Below are positions 48,288-60,025 of a stretch of 64,000 nt of DNA, piece by piece. Made by a program: the position numbers and the translations under genes. The notes below the pieces were generated by a model, which made no database searches, was not told the origin of the DNA, and worked only from the letters and a program-made list of their open reading frames with translations. The first letter of the stretch is position 1; each line of letters begins with the position of its first letter. Source of the stretch: Candidatus Gracilibacteria bacterium S5_H10 (lineage in GTDB: Bacteria > Patescibacteriota > Gracilibacteria > Absconditabacterales > Absconditicoccaceae); NCBI GenBank assembly GCA_019248075.1, contig JAEHHG010000001.1:9294-73293 (forward strand). Direction: 5' to 3'.

Positions 48288-50756
48288 ATGGTAAATTTTG
48301 GAATCCTCGGTAACAATTCGAGGAATCTCCTCTATATAAAAAAATTTAACGACAAAAAAGGTATTCGTCTAGCAAACAATAAGCTTCAGACGAAAGATTT
48401 TCTCGTAGAAAGAGGAATTCCGTTTGCAAAGACTTACGGAATTATTTCCAATCGTACAGAACTCTATGATTTTGATTTTGCTTATCTTCCCAAGAAAAAT
48501 TTTGTCGTGAAGCCCAATCATGGAAGCAAATGACAATGAGTCTATATTGTAAAGTATATCGAGGAACAGCATCCAGATGAAAATAATAGTAAAGAAAAAA
48601 ATATCAGTAAAAAGAAAAATACATTTCAAAAGCGATGAGAGCAATGTAAAAAAATATTTTTGAAAAAGTTTGAAGAACATCAACATCACGGCAACTACCA
48701 GATAGGAGATGAAGTACTGACTGATCAAGATTTTAGAAGACGTTTGCTAGATATCATTGATGGAAAGCATTCTATGACACTTGGTGGAGACAAAATCATT
48801 ATAGAAGAAAAACTCATCGCCGGAGAATTATTCAAAGAATTTTGTGACTATGGATTGGCTGACATTAGAGTCATCGTCTTCAATCTCGTGCCTGTCGCGA
48901 CCATGATCAGAGTACCGACAAAACAATCCTGAGGTAAAGCAAATCTCGCTCAGTGATGACTGTGATTTGGTATTGAAGTCGGAAGTGGTAAGATTACTTC
49001 CCTACTCCGAAAAAATAAAATATACAAAGTTAGATTTCCCAAAAAATTCGCTCATTTCCAAAATAAAAAACTTCCCTACTGGAATGACATTCTTTTTCTT
49101 TCTTCCAAAGTACAGTATTTTGTCAATCTCTGATATCTCGCACTTGATCGAGTAATAACCAATGAATGACCAAAACTTCTGGAGATAAATGCAAGAGCGT
49201 GATTAGAAGTACAAAAAGTAAGTGATACAAAATTGAAAAATATTTTGGATAAAATAGCTGATCTCAAAATAGTCGATCCAGAAAAATGAGTAGAAATAGC
49301 AAAAAGTTTATTCACTTCTGAAAAATCAAATCTCCTCTGACAAAATAAACTTCTTTACCTTTCTCAATATGCAAAGCTCATCATCAAAGAAAAAGAAGAA
49401 GAGGAAAAAATTGATGTTATCGTAGAAGTAGATCTGAATAAATCATGAAATTATATGTCACAAAAATTGTTTAATAAAATCAAAGAAAATAAAAGAGAAC
49501 GATATCTTGATCTCTACGAAAATGAGATTACCCTCAAAAAATCAAAATTTTCTAATCTGGAAAGTCTAGCTGATAATAAAATAATTCTTGGTAACAAAAC
49601 TGCAAGCAATTATCTTATAAAACCTATTCATAAAACTTTTGATGTCGTTGATATCGTCAATCCAAAATATATTTATCCATTGGAAACTGCAGAACTTCAT
49701 AGCATTGATCAAAGAATAGAAAAAATCAATAAAAGACTTAATCTCTCTGCAAGACTAAGACCACTAAATTATTTTAGTGAACTCGATAAATTCATCACGC
49801 TTCACGGAAAATATAATCCTATTTTCCATTATAAACGACCAAAAGAAGATAAACTGAATCAGACCAAGAACGAAATTATCAAAATCCAAGAACACCTTCT
49901 CAAGCTCAAAAGCCCGTTTACTAAGATATTTTTGGACAAACTTGAAGAACTAGAAACGAGAAGAAATCTCATTCTTGCGTATACACAACAAAATTTTGAA
50001 AATATAGCATTGTACAATAAAAAACTTTTTGGTGAGTTCGATGATGAACTTTTGAAGATAGCAAAAGAAAAGGTATTAACACTCAAGGAAGATAATCAAA
50101 AGCTTTTGTGAGAACCGTTGACTCTATCGGAAATAGAAAAAACCATAGAGAAATATCTCGCAGAAAAAAAGATTTATGGTGTAGATATTGTTTTCAGTTA
50201 TACTAATCTTTCAAGAATTTCTGTGATTATGGGAAAACAGATTAAAATAAGCATTTCCAAGCATGGAGTATTCAGAGAAAAGGAATTGCTTTCTATTTTA
50301 GCCCATGAAATCGATACTCATCTCGTCAGATATCTTAATGGACTCAAATCTGGATGGAACATTTTAAAATCAGGAACTGGATTCTATCTCAAAGATGAAG
50401 AAGGGCTCGCCATCTATAATGCCGTCAAAATACTTCCTGAAGATTATGAAAAGAATAGTTTCTATAAAAAATATTTTTTAGTCAAAGAAGCAGAAAATAT
50501 AGATTTCAAAAAACTTGTAAATATGATAGAATTTCTTTATCCTAGCTATTCAAGAGAATTCCATTTTAAAACTGCATTGAGAATCAAAAAAGGAATTATA
50601 CATACATCAATACTCCATCCAGGAACTGTTTTTATGAAAGATAAAATCTATCTAGAATGATACAAAAAAATCAAACAACTAATGGAAGATTGAAAAGAAA
50701 ATGCTAAAATATATAAATGAAAAATTAAAAGTGAAGATTTAGATTATATAATATAA
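48288..50756 (+). CDS. fusion protein: RimK-related alpha-L-glutamate-ligase-like ATP-grasp domain (N-terminal) plus DUF1704/QEGLA MATCAP-like metallo-carboxypeptidase domain (C-terminal); 822 aa
   Basis: Track ORFs 48288, 48660, 49455 and 50118 are all in frame 0 and join through UGA. ATP-grasp signatures: FVVKPNHGSKGQGV, DIRVIVFNLVPVATMIRVPTKQSGGKANLAQGG and GPKLLEINARAGLEVQ. C-terminal domain: HEIDTH (50304..50321) and DEEGLA (about 50396). Confidence 0.8.
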
Positions 50757-50757
50757 C

Positions 50758-51726
50758 ATGGCGGCAAAACTATGATTTCAACAAATTTCCAAATATTTTT
50801 TGCAAGAAGAAGCAAAAAAAAGGTGATATACTATAGAAACTATTCATGAAAATAAAAATATTTTTTTTATAAAGCACAAAACAAAAAACATCTTATTTAA
50901 ATGAATCGATGCTTGATTAACTACTAGACTTGGCAAATATTTAAGCGAAGACAAACTTTTAACCTATACATTATTACAACGTAATAATATAAACATACCA
51001 GAATGTATAGTGATACATAAAAAAAACAAGATAGATCTTACAAATATAATAAAATTATGATTTCCATTGGTAACGAAACCTCTCAATTGAAGCTTATGAA
51101 GATGAGTTGTTGTATGAATCAAGACTAAAAAAGAACTAGAAAAAGCAATTAATTATAGCTTTGGTTTTGATAAAAATATCATCATACAGAAATGCGTTGA
51201 ATGAAAAAATCTAAGAATATTAGTCATCAATCATAAGGTATTTGCGTGATTAGAATGGTCAAGACATCATATAGTATGAGATGGAAAATCCTCCATCAAA
51301 GCATTATTAGAAAAAGAAAATCTAAATTCTCGAAGATGAGAGAATATTCTTATATCCACACTTCCAAAAATCAATATCAATCAAGATTTAGAAGATTTTT
51401 TTAAAGTACAATATTGATATGCATTTACTCATCGTCCTAAAAAGGATGAAATAATTTTTCTCAAAGGAAATGGATACAATAAAGTAATAGATATTACCGA
51501 TGAAATTCCGAAAAAGATTAAAGAAAAGTGTGAACAAGCAAGTATTGTTTTTGATTTAAAGGTTACAGGGATTGATGTGATATATAATATATCATCTTCA
51601 GGGGAAATGGATTATCGAGTATTGGAAGTAAATTCTCAGCCAGGAATAAGAACACATCATCTACCCATGTGATGAAAACCGAGAAATGCGGCATGAGCTA
51701 TTTTGGATCTTTATTTTGACAAATAA
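50758..51726 (+). CDS. ATP-grasp ligase resembling the N-terminal domain of cyanophycin synthetase
   Basis: The ATG lies 1 nt after the upstream stop. FPLVTKPLNGSLGRGVVVGI...RILVINHKVFAG...VLEVNSQPGIRTHHLPMGGKPRNAAGAILDLYF. Confidence 0.7.
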
Positions 51727-51760
51727 AGCATACAATATATTTATTTTTTCACTATCATCT

Positions 51761-52714
51761 ATGGAATTCGGATCATATGCATCTAATCAAATCTATAAAT
51801 ATGCTAAATCATACGATGTAAAAGCAACTGCGATTTCTTATGCAGACAACCTTATCCTGTTGGAGCACAAAGGAAAAAAAGAATTAATAAAGCAGACAGC
51901 AACTCGTTTCACTAATCTTATCCAAGGAAGAATCTGCGACAATAAGATTTTGACAACACAATATTTAAAAAGGAATTGAATCGATAATGTACCCAACAAC
52001 ATAGTGATCAAAGATTTTGAAGAGATAAAAAAGTATAAAATAAATTATCCCGTAGTCGTCAAACCATTAAAATGACATTGATGAAAAGGGATATCTGTAT
52101 GAGTCAGGACAAAAAAAGATTTGGAATCAGCATATAAAATAGCTAAAAAAGTTTATTTTCGCGTATTGGTGGAAGAACATATAGAAGGCGATGATTATAG
52201 ATTCTTGGTGATTGATAAAAATGTCCGAATATGCAAAAGAATGCCGCCAAAAATAATGGGGAATGGAAAAAATACCATTAAAAAACTTATAGACAACGAG
52301 AACAAACTAAGGGCAAAAACAAAAATTCTCGTGAATATCAAAATTGATAATGAGCTTAAACAGCAAATAAAAAAACAAGGATATACTTTGGATAGTATTC
52401 CTGCTAAGGATGTAGAAGTAGCACTTAGAAAAAACGCCAATCTGAGTACGTGAGGTACAACTATTGACTATACAGACCAAACACATATACAAAACAAAAA
52501 ATTAGCACTCAAAATAGCCAAGATTATGGATATGAAAATCATAGCCGTAGATTTTCTCTTTAAGGATCCAACGAACCCCTATTCTAAAGAAAATGGGATA
52601 ATTATAGAGATAAATGATACACCATGAATAAGATTACACCATCCAAGAGAAAAAGAGATTGTATATAACATATGTAAACTTTTATTCCCTACTCTTAGAA
52701 AATGAAAATATTAA
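51761..52714 (+). CDS. second cyanophycin-synthetase-N-like ATP-grasp ligase
   Basis: YPVVVKPLKGHGGKGISVGV...YRFLVIDKNV...NLSTGGTTIDYTD...IIEINDTPGIRLHHP. Confidence 0.7.
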
Positions 52715-53571
52715 TAGTCCATGCTATAGAAAGACCCACACTTAATTTATTAGTACAGGCAGCCAAAAAAAGATGACATACTGTTCTTACGTGTAAAATA
52801 TCGGATATTGAAATATATGATGGAAAAATATTCTGCAACAATCAAGATATTGCATCTTTTGATATTGTACTTTTTAGAGAAATCAGAAACAATAACGAAG
52901 AAGCAAAAATGATAACAACATATCTTAATGATTATAAAAAAATCATCATAGATGAAAGAATACGTGATGGTAAATGATGAAGTAAAATAAATACTTATCT
53001 GACACTTTCTCAGGCAAAAATCCCATTCCCTAAAACGATGTTTTTTTCAACAATCAAAGGCAAAGGATATTCATTTATTTCAGAGATATTATGAACACCC
53101 TTCATAACAAAGACAATAAATGGACAACAAGGGAAATGAGTCTATTTGACAACAAGCGAAGACGAATTTGAAATACTCAAAAAAGAACATACGGAAGATA
53201 AATTTTTGTTTCAAGAATTCATACCTAATGATTGAGACATCAGAGTGTTTATAGTATGAGACAAGATATTATGATCTATCAAAAGAACAGCACAAGCATG
53301 AGAATTTAGGAATAATGTAGCATTATGATGAAGTGCAGAAACAATAGAGATATCAAAAGAAATAGCAGAAATAGCGTTGAAAGCTAGTAAAATATTATGA
53401 TTACAAATAGCATGAGCAGATGTAATCATACACAAAAATACAGGCAAACCATATATTTTGGAAGTAAATCGTTCGCCGGAATTTGAATGATTTATGGAAG
53501 CAACACATATAGACGTAGCTACCGAAATCATCTCTTTTCTTGAAAAAATATGAACACCAGAACTTACATAA
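52702..53571 (+). CDS. RimK-type alpha-L-glutamate ligase
   Basis: It overlaps the upstream gene by 13 nt. PFITKTINGQQGKGVYL...GDIRVFIVGDKILGSIKR...FRNNVALGGSAE...GADVII....GKPYILEVNRSPEFEG. Confidence 0.8.
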
Positions 53572-53607
53572 CAACATCATATAAAATATTTGCAAAATAA
53601 AAAAAAC

Positions 53608-53637
53608 AGGGTAAAATAATATTACCTCTTTTTTTTA
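53608..53637 (+). terminator. weak rho-independent terminator
   Basis: A short stem gggtaa/ttacct followed by T8. Confidence 0.4.
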
Positions 53638-53654
53638 TTAAACACCATTAGCGT

Positions 53655-55343
53655 ATGAAAAAAAATACCGATCAAAACGAATCCCTACAACAAAAAGAAT
53701 TCATGAATATCGCTAAAAAAATAGAAAATATCAAATCTAATATTGAAAAACCTATTTGAGGTATTTTACAATATACTCCAAACGGAATTAACAAAAGTTT
53801 TTTTTCTGAAAGTATAGAAAAAGTAACTCAGAGGGATATTGATAACGCGACTATTTTTCTTAATAGCTATTTACAAGAATTCAAAAGATTGGCAAAAGAA
53901 GTCCAAGAAAGTACTTTTCTCAATGATGTACAAAAAAAACTATTTATATGAACACTTAAAGCATTTGGTTTAAAAATAATACTCTTTAAATCTGCTGTGT
54001 ATATAGAAGGAGAAAAGTGATGATATGAACTCAATCCCAAAGATAAAGAACAATATCTCAGAAATATTGAAAAAATAGAAAAACTAGTCTATTGACCAAA
54101 TATATCTGAAAAAAAAGAAGAAGTAGATGTAATTATGACTTGATTAGATAGTCTCTATCAAAAAAATAAAGATAAAATCACTCTCGAAGAGCAAAAATAT
54201 TTTTCTCATTTTTTAGAAAAGTTTCCATGAAGAATATCAGAGACGAAAGAAATAGATATCGATAAAAATAAATTATGAAAACTTAACCAAGAAAATCTTG
54301 CTAAGATTTTTCAAAAAGGACTTAATATGTACAATATACAATCCAATATAGTTAAAATAAGTGATAAAATATCAGAAATTAAAGATGAAGATTGAATTCT
54401 TTATCTTCCACTACAAAATCCTAGCACCTGAGAAGGACGATTGAAAAAAGATTTGGATACTATATACGAAAAATTTTGATATAAAAACAATATATTGAAG
54501 ATAAAAATACACAAATGTGCTGCGATAGAAGTAGATATTCCTGGATATGAAATAAATATACCATCTAGCACTAATTACTATTCTGTTATCAGATCTTTGG
54601 AGCTATTATCACATGAGATTGTTACTCATGCATTTATCTGAACCAATAAAAAAAATAAATTTAATTTAGAATCTGATAGCTATCTCGAACTTCAAGAATG
54701 AATTGCTATGCTCAACGAAAAAGCAGTAACTACTGATATCAAAAACATATCTGTTGGTCCAACTATACATCATATATCAACATTTATTTGAGAAAATTAC
54801 AATATTACAGATACAAATAATATTTTACAAATATATTATAAGTTAAATGGTAAGAAAAACTTTCAAAGTTTAGCAAAAAATAGGACAGAAAGAGTTAAAA
54901 GATTTCATGCTAATGATCAGGAATGAGCCAACAGAAAAGATACAGTATATCGAAGAGGTATGGTAGATGGATTAAATTATATAAAAAACTTAGATGAAAA
55001 AAGCATAGAAGACATAGAAACACTACAAACAGATATTTTCAATTTTCATGTCGGGAAGTTAGGTAAAGAAGAGGTAAAAAATGTTCCACAACTCATAGAA
55101 TGATTTGATATTACACCGAAAAACATCATTTTACCTGCAGATATTGGAAAATTATTACTTTGGCTGTTGGAAAAAAATTCGCCAGATGGAAAATGAATCA
55201 AAATAACCAATGAAGCATTAGGGAAAAATGATATAAGATTTAAAGCATCGTTACCAGAGCAAAAATTAAATTATACACAGAAAAAATTACTCTTAGAAAT
55301 GAGAACATTCATCCAAAACAACACAGAAATAGAAAAAAAATAA
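53655..55343 (+). CDS. DUF1704/QEGLA-family (MATCAP-like) putative metallo-carboxypeptidase; 562 aa
   Basis: Open in frame 0 with many UGA-as-Gly codons. HEIVTH lies at 54612..54629 and QEGIA at 54693..54707, where the Gly of the motif is itself a UGA codon. Confidence 0.7.
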
Positions 55344-55382
55344 TACATAGTTTCGCTTGAATCCTATTGTTAAATCAGTTTA

Positions 55383-55412
55383 ATACAGACGATTTATTTG
55401 TCTGTATTTTTC
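55383..55412 (+). terminator. rho-independent terminator or attenuator
   Basis: An 8-bp stem atacagac/gtctgtat followed by a T-run, only 3 nt upstream of the next ATG. Confidence 0.55.
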
Positions 55413-55414
55413 TT

Positions 55415-56716
55415 ATGAAAAAAATCATCGCCATTATAGCATTACTTGCGGGAAGCATATTCCTTTTTACCACTACTTCAGCACAATTTACTTCCACCAC
55501 TTGTGAAGGACAAAGTCACTGCTCTGCTCCTACAAAATGAGTAAATTATAGAAATACTATTATCTATCTCTGAGAACAATGAGAAGAATTCGATCTCGGA
55601 TTTCAACAAAATTTTGATAAACAAAAAATTTTACTCCAGGAAATTTTTATCTCTGAAAATAAAAGTTTTTCTGAAGAAGAGCTATCAAATAAGATATTGG
55701 ACAATCTTGAGGAAATCAAAAAAGCAAATACGTTGATTATCAATACTGCAAATTTTGATATTCTTTTCCAATCGCTAGGAAAAATAGATGCTATAACTCC
55801 ACTTAATTTAGAATGAAAAACGATATATCTTGTAACCAATAGTAATAAATTTTTTCTCAAAAGAACCCTTGCTAAGCAAATCAAATCCATAAAAACAGAA
55901 AAAATATATACGCTATCTCAGAGTAAATTGCTCAATTTTCTTTCTACCCTTTCATTGGGAAAAATAGATAATAATGAAGACTATATAACGTCATTTTCGC
56001 TTTCATTTCATGAAACACCAAAATTTCTTATTATTTCGTATCTTGTAGATCATCTTATCTATAACTGATTTCCTATCGAGCTCATTGGCATGTTTTTATT
56101 ATTATCAATATGAGCATTGGTGATAAGTGTCCTCAGGCAAGTTGTTTGATTTTCTGTCTTTGGTATTTATATTCCGCTTTTGTTTGCACTTTCGTTGTTC
56201 ATGCTATGAGTACCATTAGGATTAACTTTATTAGCGATAGGATTGATTGCAAAAATACTTGTAAGACTTTTCACCAAAAAAATGTATCTGCTTCACAACG
56301 CCAAAACATCACTACTGGTTATGCTTTATTTTTTTATTCTCTTGCTGTTTTTGGGACTCAATACAATATTTGATCTCCCCTTTATAGATATGAATATTTT
56401 CAATAATGTATTTATCATCTTACCACTCGTCTTTGTAATCATAATCAGTGATAAAGTATTTAACGACTGATTCAAACTTTTTAGCAAAGGACGATGGGTA
56501 GCATTTATAGAATTTTTAGCTGTTTCATTCGCTGTATTCGGGCTTTTCTATCGAACTGGACTCAAACATACCTTATTGGCTTTCCCAGAACTTTTGATTC
56601 TGATCTTCTTTCTCAATATCGCTGTCGGAAGATTTACCGGACTTCAACTTCTCGAATATTTCCGTTTCATGCCATTACTAAAAAACTCCTCATGGACTGA
56701 GGAGGAAGAGGAATAA
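55415..56716 (+). CDS. signal peptide plus extracytoplasmic domain plus 7-TM module, resembling the 7TM domain that accompanies RimK-related ATP-grasp ligases; encoded C-terminus is EEEEE
   Basis: MKKIIAIIALLAGSIFLF signal sequence, about 200 aa of soluble domain, then seven hydrophobic helices (track fragments 56243 and neighbours); ends ...LLKNSSWTEEEEE, TAA 56714. Confidence 0.6.
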
Positions 56717-56837
56717 ACCATTCCAGCGTCATTCCGTTTCCTTTATTTTAACGTCATTCTCGCGAAAGCGGGAATCCATCTTGCTCTATAGCCCCAATTG
56801 GATTCCAGATCAGGTCGGGAATGACGTAATGTGGTTT
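56715..56837. mobile_element. MITE-like element, about 120 bp, with imperfect terminal inverted repeats (related to family 1)
   Basis: Left end ataaaccattccagcgtcattcc; the reverse complement of the right end is ataaaccacattacgtcattccc. An internal hairpin is acgtcattctcgcgaaagcgggaatcc. No ORF. Confidence 0.5.
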
Positions 56838-58215
56838 ATTTAAAATATCTTTTTTTCGTAGCTAACCATCGATCTGACTGTCTGGTGAGCTCTTGTTGGT
56901 CTTCAGCGTTTAAAAGGAAATGTTTGACTGCTTCTTCCAAGAAGATAGTATTCTGACTTCATTTGCAGACAATAAGAAATTCATCACCAGCTTCTTTGAG
57001 TATCTTCTGAATATGTTTTCCAGCGATATTTGCATCATAGAATTTTTCTACATTCTTCGGATCGTATCAAACCTTTTCCAGCTCATCCGCTAAATAGTCC
57101 GCCATATATTTCCCCACGAGAATCACACGATCAGCGACTTGTGAAACATATCCTGCTATCATTCTATGTTCTCTTTCGGTCAAATCACCCAGTTCTCTCA
57201 TATCTCATAGTACGAGAATAATTTTTCTGTTTGGGAACAATTGCGATTGTATATTGTGCGCCGTGTTGATAATTTTCCTGACACTGAGTGGTGAAGCATT
57301 ATAAGTAGAATCTATGATGACGCTATTCTCTATACCATGGAAAATAGAAAGTCTTCCTGGCTGTAATTGATACTTGAGTTGAAGCTGTTCATGAGAACCA
57401 TTTCTCAAGATAGGATCTTCTGGTCTAGATTCCAGCTTAGCATATTTATAGTCTAGAATTCATGCAATAGCGAGTCATACTCCTATATAGCCATAATTTG
57501 CTTTTCCGAGAATATTGGTACTGACAGCATATTTTTTTTCTTTGATCCACGTATGGAATTGTACTCAAATTCATCCTTTGAAATCGGCGAGATAGAATTG
57601 TTCATCCTTGAAATGGATATCCGCGGTGATATCATTACCTTCCGTCTGATAGGTCAGATAATCTATTTTCAATTGATCTTTGAGCTGGAGTGCATAAGCG
57701 TCGTTAGCATTGAGGAATCCTATTTCCAATGTATTTTGCAACATCTTCACTTCTTCTTTTGCTATCTCTGCGGGATTACCAAATTGCTCTGAATGGACGG
57801 AATCTATAGCCGTAAAAATACCGATATGCGGTTTTGCTATAGTCACAAGAAAGTCCATCTCCCCAGGACGATCAATCCCATATTCGAGAAGGATAATATC
57901 GTAAGGTTTGGATCAGAAAAATCTTTTTCGGATAAGTTTCAAAAGTGTTGTAATGAAATTTATGATCGTCGGTTCCCGCTTTTCTATCTGAAAAATAGAG
58001 AGCGACATCCCGAGTTCTCCGTTGAAGTTTTTGGGTGAAGTATATATTTTTTTGTTGGGAATAAATTTTTGCAATGTCTGATAAACAATCATACGGCAGG
58101 AAGTTTTTCCTACACTTCCGTTGATTCAGATAATCTGTGGATTGTGTTTGTTGATATATGCATGTGCCAACTTTCCCAGCATTTTATAATATCATCGTAA
58201 TAACTTTTTTTTCAT
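56836..58215 (-). CDS. murF: UDP-N-acetylmuramoyl-tripeptide--D-alanyl-D-alanine ligase
   Basis: GINGSVGKTS (P-loop), the Mur-ligase middle domain, and VLGDMRELGDLTEREH, which is a MurF hallmark; ends at TAA 56836. Confidence 0.8.
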
Positions 58216-58265
58216 ACAATAAAATTTTTATAGTGTAAATACGAAAAAGTTATACTGTTATATAC

Positions 58266-59525
58266 TTATTCTTCAAATGTTTTTTCCAGGATAAGCGTTA
58301 TGATTACTGCGATAGGTACAGCAAGCAATATTCAAACTATTCATAAGATCAAAGCTCATATAATCATACTAATGAAAATCACGACAGGATTCACTCCAAG
58401 CGTTTTATTCATCAATAATGGAATCAATACATTATTTTCCAATCGTTGTAATAAGAATACTACACCGACGACAATCAATGCTCAATATATTCAAAAGTTG
58501 AGAAATGCAACCAATGCAGCTGATAATCATCCAACAAATGGTCAAATATATGGAATAAATTCTGTCATTGCTACAATAGCAGCAAGCGCTCATTTCTGAG
58601 GAAGATCAATACCAAAAATTGCTAATATCCACAATGCAGCATACATTGCAACTCCCATAATAATACAAAGCAAAAGCTGTGATTTTAATCGAATACCAAG
58701 TTTTTTATAAATCCTTTCGAGTTTCATGTAGACAAATTTATATTTTTTTTCTCCCCCAAGTCTTGCGATAAATTTCATCACTGAGTCTTTTTGAATAGAA
58801 AACAATACAGAAAGTGTTAATACAATAGACGTCTGAGTAATAAAGCTAAAGAACGTACCGACTGCTGTCACTGCCATCGTACCGATATTTTTTGCATACG
58901 TTGTTCCTATACTTACTATTTGAGAAATGTTTTGTTGTAACTGTGTTTGTACACCAGCTACTACACCAGGATTGCTAAACGAATCCAAAAGACCAGTCTT
59001 TAAACTTCATGGTAACCATCTAATATCTTGAATAACTCCAATCAATGATTTTGTGGTCAAAATATCTTGAAAACTAGCGATATTGTTGATACATATCGTA
59101 ATGATATCAGAGATCAGATTCAGAACAAATGGGATGATAAATACCATAGCTCATAAAAATGCAACGATCATAAGCAAATATGCTAACGCAATAGTTATCC
59201 CTCTGTATGGGATTTTTTTATGGAAAAAATCTATAATAGCTTCCATAGCAAGCGAAATGACATATGCCATGAAAATAAGATAGATAATGTTCAATGATTT
59301 ATAGACCAATAATCAGATAAAAATAATCAATATTCCAAATATCCAAAATTTCATAAACATTCTATTGGTGAACACAAAAGGAGCGACAGAAGTCTTTTCT
59401 TGTTTTTTTTGTTCATCAAGTTTCTTCTCCAGTTTTTCCAATTCCAAAAGCTGTTTTTTGTTGTCAGACTTTATAGACTTAAAAAACTCAGATCCGCTTT
59501 TTATGATTTTTTGAATAATGGTCAT
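58266..59525 (-). CDS. AI-2E family (PerM/YhhT) transporter; the start is alternatively at 59678
   Basis: Eight TM segments, with the typical C-terminal EFIPYIGPFVGG...ENNVLIPLLMNKTLGVNPVV. Confidence 0.8.
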
Positions 59526-59577
59526 ACTATTGGGACTAAATGAGTAAAAAGTTTTTTGTGTATATATTTTGCATATT

Positions 59578-59940
59578 CTATATTTTTTTTTGTTCCAGCT
59601 TATCGGCAAATCATTTTCGTGCTTGTTCAAATTCTTTTTGTATATAGACAATTGTATCTTTTTTTGAAAAATTTGCAATTTTTTGGATTATTTCTCAGAC
59701 ACGAACCTTAGACACTACAATGAATACTTTATAAAACACATCATTGATAGGCATTTTTATCAGATTATGCTTTTGGATGTCCTGCATAATAGCTCTTTTG
59801 ACCATATGCCTCATCACAGCCTTTTTGGACAATTTTATGGTAACATGAGAAGAAATTTGATTGTATTTGATACCTGGATATTGCCTGATATAAAAAAAGC
59901 CAAACAATCCCTGGCTAAGATATTGCCTTTTTCTTGTCAT
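59578..59940 (-). CDS. rnpA: RNase P protein component
   Basis: KLSKKAVMRHMVKRAIMQ matches the KK.AV.RN..KR RnpA motif. The UGA at 59695 is read through to TAG 59578, giving 120 aa. Confidence 0.65.
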
Positions 59941-60025
59941 AAATAAGACATCCTTTCATGTCAAACGATGTTTTTTTGCTAACACGATACACTATCATTA
60001 GATAAAAACTTTGTATATTTACCAC

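Noticed and set aside
59941-60025. rpmH (L34) expected upstream of rnpA, and rpmG (L33) expected near secE.
   Set aside because: No frame gives the characteristic Arg/Lys-rich L34 sequence or the Cys-pair L33 sequence. They are presumably encoded elsewhere.
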